Of a stretch of DNA of 64,000 nucleotides, positions 55,643 through 64,000 are shown one piece after another. The stretch spans positions 32,364,001 to 32,428,000 of the forward strand of contig OX597830.1 in assembly GCA_951406725.2 (NCBI GenBank). Direction: 5' to 3'. The position numbers and the translations under genes are program-made. Source of the DNA: Octopus vulgaris. Its lineage: Eukaryota. The notes beneath the pieces are model-generated. The model was not told the DNA's origin and ran no database searches. It saw only the letters and a program-made list of their open reading frames with translations. The stretch's first letter is position 1, and each line of letters opens with the position of its first letter.

Positions 55643-56403
55643 GAATGAGGGTGATGGTGTTGATGATGGTGAGGACGTTAAGGGAGGGAGTGTCCTGATA
55701 TGGTGAGTAAGCAATGAACAAATAAAACTAAGGGGGCAGAGCATAAAAATTGTTTAAATTTTACCAGAATAATGACTACAAATAAAACAAAAACTGCACA
55801 AAAAACAATCTAAAATGTGACACTAAAAAAGATGTTTTCACAAAAAAAATTTTCCAACTCAACACAAATTCAATTTACAAGTGAAGTGTGTGATGATTGG
55901 TTAGATTTGGGGGAGGGTGAGGTATAAAGTAACATAGTAAGAAAATAGATCTGGGAGGGGAGGAAAAAACTGATGAAATGGAGTAGTGTTACAGTAGAAA
56001 GGGAAACAGAAAAGAAAAGAAAAGAGAAACAATATGAATTAAAAAAAATAGAAAAACTTTTTTTTAAATAATTAAAATTTGTAAGAAAAACTCATAAAAA
56101 CTATTAAATTAAATTATTTTTCTCCCCCACACTGTCAAAAAAGTAAAGATATGAATTAATAAAAGTGAATAAATAAATAAATAAAATTCAATCGATAATT
56201 AGAAAAACTTCAAAATAAAAAATAAAAAAGACACAAAGAAATTAAAAGAAAATATTAAATGAAACATAAATGTAGCTAGTAATTAATTTAACATCATCCA
56301 GGCTGTTTAATAAAACTGTCCTTTAACACCACTGCACCTAATTGATGTATACACACCTAGATACACATATGTATATATATATGTATATATATATATATGT
56401 GTG

Positions 56404-56492
<89 letters not shown>

Positions 56493-56768
56493 GTATATAT
56501 ATATATGTATATATATATGTATATGTATGTATATATAGGTATGAATTTCATATAAGTGTGAATATGTGGAGTGGTGTGTATATCACTTTATGGTTTTTTT
56601 CATGTATACACACATGCATGCTTGCGAGCATGCACATCTATATCTTTAACAGTGTGTGTGTGTGTGTGTGTGAGCGAAAGAGAGAGAGACAGGCAGAGGG
56701 AGAAAGAGAGAAAGAGTTAAAGAGAGAGAGGAAAGGCATTTGCATGTACATGCATGTATCTGTCCCTG

Positions 56769-56837
<69 letters not shown>

Positions 56838-58554
56838 CACTAAATCTACGTGCATGCATTTTTTCTGTGTGTATGTATTTGCATTTCAGTTTCCCAGTAC
56901 ACATATATGCATATGCACACACACATATATGCACATACATATGTATGTGCCTGTGCGTGCACACGCATTTAATTTTTTCCTAATAAACAGTCAGAGAAGT
57001 TCATTTTACATTTTCATTAAATATTAATTTTTTTCTTTTTTTTTTTGATACTCTACAAAAATTTATTTACATTATTTTCTTCTTTATAATATGTTCCTTT
57101 AAATTTATTTTTTTATTTTGATTTTATTTTCAACAATAAAATAACTAACCTTGATTTGTGAGAAATTAGAAAGACTCTTGTTAATCTCTTGACCTTATAA
57201 GTCAAAGTTCCCATCACTGAATCAGTCAACCTACTTGAAAAACACTTCATAAACACAATTTTTCAATGCCTCATTATTAGTATCATTGTGCATTTTTTGT
57301 TTGTTGTTTTGTTTTTGGTGAGAGTGTTTTTATTTTTTTATCGTTTACTTTTTATTTGTTTTTTAATTGGTTGATGTTTCTTGTAGGGAACTTGTTTAAT
57401 TATTAATAATAATTTAATATTTTTATATTAATTAAAAAATGCAAAAACAAAAAAATTTTCTAATTTAATTTATTTGCAGGCAATGTGTATTTGGCACACA
57501 CACACACACATACATACACATACACATGCATATATACACATACATACACACACACAAACACACACCCATAGTCACTCACACACACACACACTCACACATA
57601 CACATGCCTACATTCATGAATATATACATTCATGCGTTCGTACTTACATATGTACATACACACATTCGTACATGCAGTCATACATTCACACACACATTCA
57701 TACATACATTCAAACACACATTCATACTTATATACACACAAGCATGCATACATACATACATTCATATGTACATATTTTATATATGTGTGTATGTGTAAGA
57801 GTGTACATTAGAAGAATGAAGGTGAGTGAGTGAGAAAAAGGGAGAGAGAGTGAGTGAGAGAGAGGGGGGAGAGAGAGATGGTTGGGGTTTCACACTTGTG
57901 TGAGCTGCATTTAAGCAAACTGTAGTACTCAACAGAGCTAAGTAGAGTGTAATAACACTATCTAATCAAAGCCAACTCTGTGTGAGTCCAAATAAATTAC
58001 TATTCTCTAAGGATTGTTAATGAGGAAGTCTGGAACAATGACTCATACATACTCAGTTTTATATATCGAACGTTTACTCATTCGTTTTACATCTATTTTT
58101 CCATGCTTGCATGGGTAAGATGAACACATATTAGTGTAGTATTGTTTTGCAGCCAGATGCCTTTCCTGTTGCTAACTCTTGTTTTTAAGTTAGAGATGTT
58201 TTTTTTTAAACTGTAGAGCTAGTGTATAATTGGGTGATAATCAATGAAGAATTCTCAACAAAGTCCACCATAGGTACAGGTATGGATGTCAGGTAAGAAT
58301 GGTTAGAAGCTTGATTCTTAACCATACCGTTTTAGCTTCAGCCCTACTGCATGGCACCTTCAGTGTCTTTTACTATAGGCGCGGGCCAACCAAAGCCTTG
58401 TGAGTGGATGTGAAGGATGGAAATTGAAAGAAGCCTATCACACACACACATGTATATACATGTCTTGAGCTAACTGGATCCTATAAAGGAGCTGTTGTGG
58501 TAGCAGACCACGAAACACAGTTGAAATTCCTCCTATATGTATGCATGTATGTGT

Positions 58555-58878
58555 AAATCACCTTGATCACTTTGACCGACCAGTCCATCAGGCATCCGCT
58601 TGACACTGCTGGTCACAGCATGCTGTCTACTCCTCTCTGGATCGCACCTTTCTCAACCACGTGATCCCAATTGCCCTCCTGAAATTGTAACTCCACCGTC
58701 ATGGAGGCCTTCTGAGTGGTTGTTTTCACTCGTGCAGGTACCACTCGACAACTGCACAGGTCCACTGATTATTGGTGAGCCGGGTGACGTGTCCAGCCCA
58801 TCTAAACTTGCTGCGTGTATATTCTACGATGACATCCCTCATGCTGGACTTCTCTCTGATGACCTCGCTACTGATGTG

Positions 58879-58880
<2 letters not shown>
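58555..58880 (-). pseudogene. 3' end of an RTE-clade LINE
   Basis: HISSEVIREKSSMRDVIVEYTRSKFRWAGHVTRLTNNQWTCAVVEWY…RRPP*RW; short 3' UTR ending in GTGATCAA-like repeats. Confidence 0.8.
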
Positions 58881-58957
<77 letters not shown>

Positions 58958-59147
58958 ATTAATCCCCCAAAATGAAGAAAAATCACAAGAAAAAACAAAA
59001 AAATGCAAGGACGTGGAAAATGCTAAGTATTAGCAGACACTCAGGGAAGGAAAGGTAGTTTAATGCTTCAAGCAAAGCTCTTCCTCAGTAACAGGAGACA
59101 AAGAGAAATGGAAGACAGAGGAAAAAATCGACAATGATCCACATGTA

Positions 59148-59985
59148 CTGGGTTGGCAACTAAGTTACCGCCATCTTTTTAAATTTTGGAATTTATTGCA
59201 TTTTTAAATTTTGGAATCTATTTTTCTTTCAAGAATTCTATTTTTGAATCATTTTCGAATCTATTTTTTTTTTCTAGTTAATTTTAGTTAATTTTTATTT
59301 ATTTTCAATTCATTAAAATGGGATGTCAAGTTAAGAAAAACGAGCATTTTCGACACTTCCTTCTTTTTGCTTTTAATCAAAGTTCTAAAGCCGCAAAAGC
59401 TGTTCACGACATATGTGCTGAGTATGGAGAGGTTGCTATAGCTGAAAGAACTGCTCATGATTGGTATGCCAAGTTCAAAAACGGAAATTTTGACCTCAAA
59501 GACACACCTTGTTTTGGCTGTCCAGTTGAGTTCGATGAAGAGTCATTAAACCAACTTTTACATGAAAATTTTCATCAAATGACAAGGGAACTGGCAGGCA
59601 AAATGGAATGCTCCCACACTGCTATAGAGAAGAATCTTCACTCGATGGGAAAAGTTCAGAAGTATGGAGCATGGGTTCCACATGCTTCAAGTGACAACAA
59701 CAAAAATCAACGAGCCACAACCTCCTCTGGTTTGCTTGCTCATCACTGCTTAACTCATGGACACAAGCAATGGTTTCTTAACTGAATTGTTACTGGCGAC
59801 AAAAAATGGTACTTGTACATCAATATGAAGCAGCATAAGGAATGGCTTAGTTCCGGTAAACAAGTGACACCACGCGTTAAGCAAGATCTTCTTCTGTGTA
59901 AAACGATGTTGTGCATATGGTGGGACTAGGAAGGGATTATCCATTATGAATTGCTTGAATGGAACCAAATGGTCAACACGGCCTC
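59148..59985 (+). pseudogene. 3'-truncated mariner (mellifera-like): left TIR and decayed transposase from 59318
   Basis: TA-CTGGGTTGGCAACTAAGT TIR; EHFRHFLLFAF…WYAKFKNGNFDL…WVPH…FLN*IVTGDKKW…MLCIWWD*EGIIHYELL; second and third catalytic Asp and right TIR missing. Confidence 0.88.
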
Positions 59986-60344
59986 TAACCAGGCCTTACG
60001 CAATAACCTTAAAGCCAGGAACTTTTCAGCATCCCCTCATATGAGTGTGTGTGTGTGTGTGTGTGTGTGTCTGAGTCTGTGTTTATCCCATCAACATCAT
60101 TTGAGAAGCAATGCTGAAATCAGTTATAGCAATTAATACCCCATTTAATGATCTCACACTTAATAACTCCATGCTTTAGATATATTTAAAACAAAATAAA
60201 AGACTTACAAAAATAGATCTTAATAGTTAATTACATAAAATATATGTTAACTATTCATAATAATTGTTTAAAAGTTTAATTACCGCAAGGCACCTTAATA
60301 AAACGAACTTGTTTGTTTGTTCATTCAGTTATTCAGTGATTTTT

Positions 60345-60568
60345 GTATACTCTTTTACTCTTTTACTTGTTTCAGTCATTTGACTGCAGCCATGCTGGAG
60401 CACCACATTTAATCAAGCAACTCGACCCCTGGACTTATTCTTTGTAAGCCCAGTACTTATTCTATCGGTCTCTTTTGCCGAACCACTAAGTGAAAGGGAC
60501 ATAAACACACCAGCATCGGTTGTCAAACAAAGCTAGGGGGACAAACACAGACACACAAACACATGCAC

Positions 60569-60599
<31 letters not shown>

Positions 60600-60772
60600 C
60601 ATATATACGACGAGCTTCTTTCAGTTTCCGTCTACCAAATCCACTCACAAGGGTTTGGTTAGCCCGAGGCTATAGTAGAAGACACTTGCGCAAGGTGCCA
60701 TGCAGTGGGACTGAACCCAGAACCATGTGGTTGGTAAACAAGCTACTTACCACACAGCCACTCCTGCACCTG
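60345..60772 (-). mobile_element. SINE family A, full length
   Basis: Complete tail to head. Confidence 0.92.
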
Positions 60773-61024
60773 TATGTTGACAATAGGCTCACATACTGTG
60801 TTTGCATTCTCTCCTTTATTCTTTTGTCTTAATATTTTTAATTAATTCACCCTTCTAATCTGAGTTACTAATTTAGCTAATTACTAACTAGACCTAGTGT
60901 ATTTTTTAACACAACTTGGCTAATAGAAACAGTCAACTAACAGATAATTATGAATCAGGTTAATTTAAAAAGTAATTTAGAGAACTCTTAACAATCTCTG
61001 CATTGTTAGTGTTTTTTTTTAATC

Positions 61025-61650
61025 TTTTATCGTTTTTACTAGTTGACTGCGGCCACACTGGAGCCTCACCTTGAAGGGCTTTAGTTGAACAAATTGACCA
61101 CAAGACTTATTTATCTAAAGCCTAGTATATATTCTATTGGTCACTTTTGCTGAACTGCTAAGTTATGGGGGGGGGGCATAAACGCACCAACATTGGTTGT
61201 CAAGCAGTGGGGGTGGGTGGGGACAAACAGAAACACAAAGACATACACATAGATATATATACATATATATACATGCATATACATTTATGTATATGTATAT
61301 GTGTGTGTGTGTGTGTGTATGTATATAAACATATATATATACATACATGCACAAATGGTGTTTTTTCTACATGCTACCAAAACAGGAGCCAGTCCAGCAG
61401 CACTGGCATCAACCTCGCTCAAATGTTTATTCACGTACCAGTAAGGCGACTCAGGTAACGATCACGCTCGAATGGTGCTTTTTACATGCCCTCATTGTTG
61501 TAACCAATGGGATGCCAGTTTACATTTTCCATTCCTCAAAATTTCAGTCACAAAACTTTGGTCAACCCAAGTAAAGGTACATAAGGCGCCTTGCAATAGG
61601 ACTGAACCTGAGACGATGCAGATGCAAAATAATCTTCTTAACAGCTGTGC
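61025..61650 (-). mobile_element. Diverged SINE-A-like element with extra internal segment
   Basis: A tail 61025-61250, decayed head 61525-61650. Confidence 0.6.
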
Positions 61651-61877
61651 TAAGTGTATATAGTTTTATTTTTGTATTACCGGCAATTATATATGTATTC
61701 TTTAATTATAATTCACATTGTTATTAATAACATATTATTTTTAGTTTATACACTCATTGGTCTTCAGTTTTCAGTGTGTACCAGAGTACAATGACTTAGC
61801 AATTATCTGCAAAGGAAATATAATAAGCATTTTATTTCAATGACACAAGTAGTAAATAACAAATTCAAAATAATTAT

Positions 61878-61944
<67 letters not shown>

Positions 61945-62001
61945 TATATGTATGTATATATATATATGTATATATATACCTACATATATATGCATATACA
62001 T

Positions 62002-62032
<31 letters not shown>

Positions 62033-63700
62033 CATACACATACACTTATATGTGCTTATAAATAATATATATATGTGTATATACATGTGCATATATATGT
62101 GTATACATGTGGATATATATGTATATATGTATATTTATATGTATATACAGACATGTATATGTGTGTGTGTATGTGTGTGTGTGTGTGTGTGTGTGTAAGT
62201 GTACATATATGCATGTACGCATGTAAAGATAGATTAATAGATATATAGATCGATCAAAAAGTATAATTGAAGATCAAAACTCTAAAATGAATTCCAAATA
62301 TATAATGGTTTGATTGTATTTTTGGCACTGTATTTGTTGATGCCTTTGAACAACAACAGCAGTAGCAGCAGCAGCAACAACAACAACAACAACAGCAGCA
62401 GCAACAGAATTGGAATCACAATCAGTAAAAAAAAAAATAATTAAACAATCACAACAACAATACGGAATGCATTTATTGATTTCACAAAAGGAACATAACA
62501 GACCCAACAAAAACACTTACAACGACAACAACAATGATAATAATAATTATTATTATCGTTATAATTATTCTTATTTGTAAAGTTCTTTTGTAGTGATCAA
62601 AATAATGACATCCCTAGAACCAGTGGCCTGACTTCAATTAAATTTTATTTGGTGCAGAAAATCTCAAAGAAAAGAAATTAAATTAATGAACAAATTGCGT
62701 ACATTGTTGAGAATAACCCCTTTCCCCTCTCTCTTCTCTCTCTTTCCCTCCTTTTTTTCTCTCTCTTTCTCTCTCCTTTCTCCTCTCTCATCTCCCTATT
62801 GATTGGGGTAGCAGAGATATAATGATAAGAAACCTAACCACTTTTCCCTCTTAAGTGCCAGGCTAAATGGGTGTTACAATTTAGCTTAATCCTTCTCAGT
62901 TTCCCTAAGCAAATTTTCTGGGGCTTTTTCTTCTTTTTTTTTTTAAATTATGGTCCACTTTATCTTCTCTAACCTCTGGATGTCACAGAAAAATATCTCT
63001 ATCTGGAGTATCGAATTTGTTTCTCTTTGCCAGCTAGATTGATGTATAAACTAAATCTTGTGCATTGGATTGGGAAAATTATTCCTAAAGATCCTTTTCA
63101 CTGCACTGGCCATATTTAAAAGGATAAAGGAATCAATAAACATTATTACAACTCTGGTAAACAGTAAAGGAATGAAAGAAATATAAAGAGTCAGCAAAGT
63201 TTGTGGGTAGAGATGTAAGGACCCAAAAAGCCAAAATCTTAACTTATCTGGTGGATATCATGTCCTATAAAGTAAGTCCTTAGAGTAAGGATGAAGATAG
63301 AAACCATCAAAATAAATGCATACAGTTCTTGAGAAAACTAATCAATGCTCGATAAGAAGCTTGCATGGTTTCAGCTTCAGTCATGTCGATAAAATCCATT
63401 TGGACAAACGTATATCTAAATTTGAAAAAAAAAAAAAGAAAAGAAAAGGAAAAATACTTACATTTTGTTCAGCATGTATAGGCAAAGTGAAGGAGAAATA
63501 GGTCACATTTTTGTATGCAGATTCATAAACTTCTATTCATTGGGTTGAAATTACAAGAGATTTCTTTAGGTGGATTGATTTGACTAATTGAAACCAGTAT
63601 TAATCAAAAATCAGATTCCAAGTTTGAATGTCTGCTAGCAATACATGTTGCAGAATACATTGAAATTAAAAAAAGACAATGATTGACTTTTATAAAAGGA

Positions 63701-63920
63701 TTAATCCTTTAGAATTTAAACCAGTCATATCAGGCCCAAATATTCTACTTAATTTATGTTCAAACTGACCAGATTCAGCCTCTCATGCATACTATACAAT
63801 GTCATACTAAAGATATATGATCACATGATTGATATCCTAAAGCTGTGAGATAATGCATGATTAATTCAAACTGATTTGAATAAATAAAAATATATTTGAC
63901 AGAGCAATCTGAATACGAAT
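63701..63920. mobile_element. Possible decayed TTAA-type MITE
   Basis: Begins TTAATCCTTTAG, similar to TTAACCCTTT ends; right TIR not recognisable. Confidence 0.35.
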
Positions 63921-64000
63921 GAGTGGAACATTGCTGCAAGCTGAATGAAGCCAATAGGTTGTATGATTAATATACCCTGCTCTATGTAGTCAATTGACCT

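Overview
Eukaryotic, AT-rich, essentially gene-free window (intergenic or deep intronic). It is made almost entirely of microsatellites and transposon debris. The SINE repertoire and extreme microsatellite load suggest an octopus (coleoid cephalopod) genome; this is an inference from pattern recognition, not a database result. Nearly all ORFs in the track are translated simple repeats. Real coding remnants are a near-complete irritans-type mariner (34194-35485), a truncated mellifera-type mariner, a Tc1/mariner C-terminal scrap, two large and two small R4/Dong-clade LINE fragments, and two RTE 3' ends. Several tRNA-derived SINE families (my labels A-E), MITEs and Helitron/Helentron-type elements fill the rest. 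The most interesting signal is non-coding. At least four unrelated short repeat families carry minimal type I hammerhead-ribozyme (HHR) folds, several in the inverted or tandem layouts typical of Penelope-like elements (PLEs) and retrozymes: (i) a tRNA-headed SINE-like element with an HHR and PLE-style inverted ends bounded by target-site duplications (TSDs); (ii) a 315-bp tandem-plus-inverted retrozyme-like unit; (iii) fold-back elements with about 70-bp arms; (iv) a dispersed (TA)n-associated family with a variant core. Separately, all six copies of one SINE subfamily (B1) end inside other SINEs. Coordinates were read by eye and may be off by a few bases; ribozyme folds are manual and their activity is untested.
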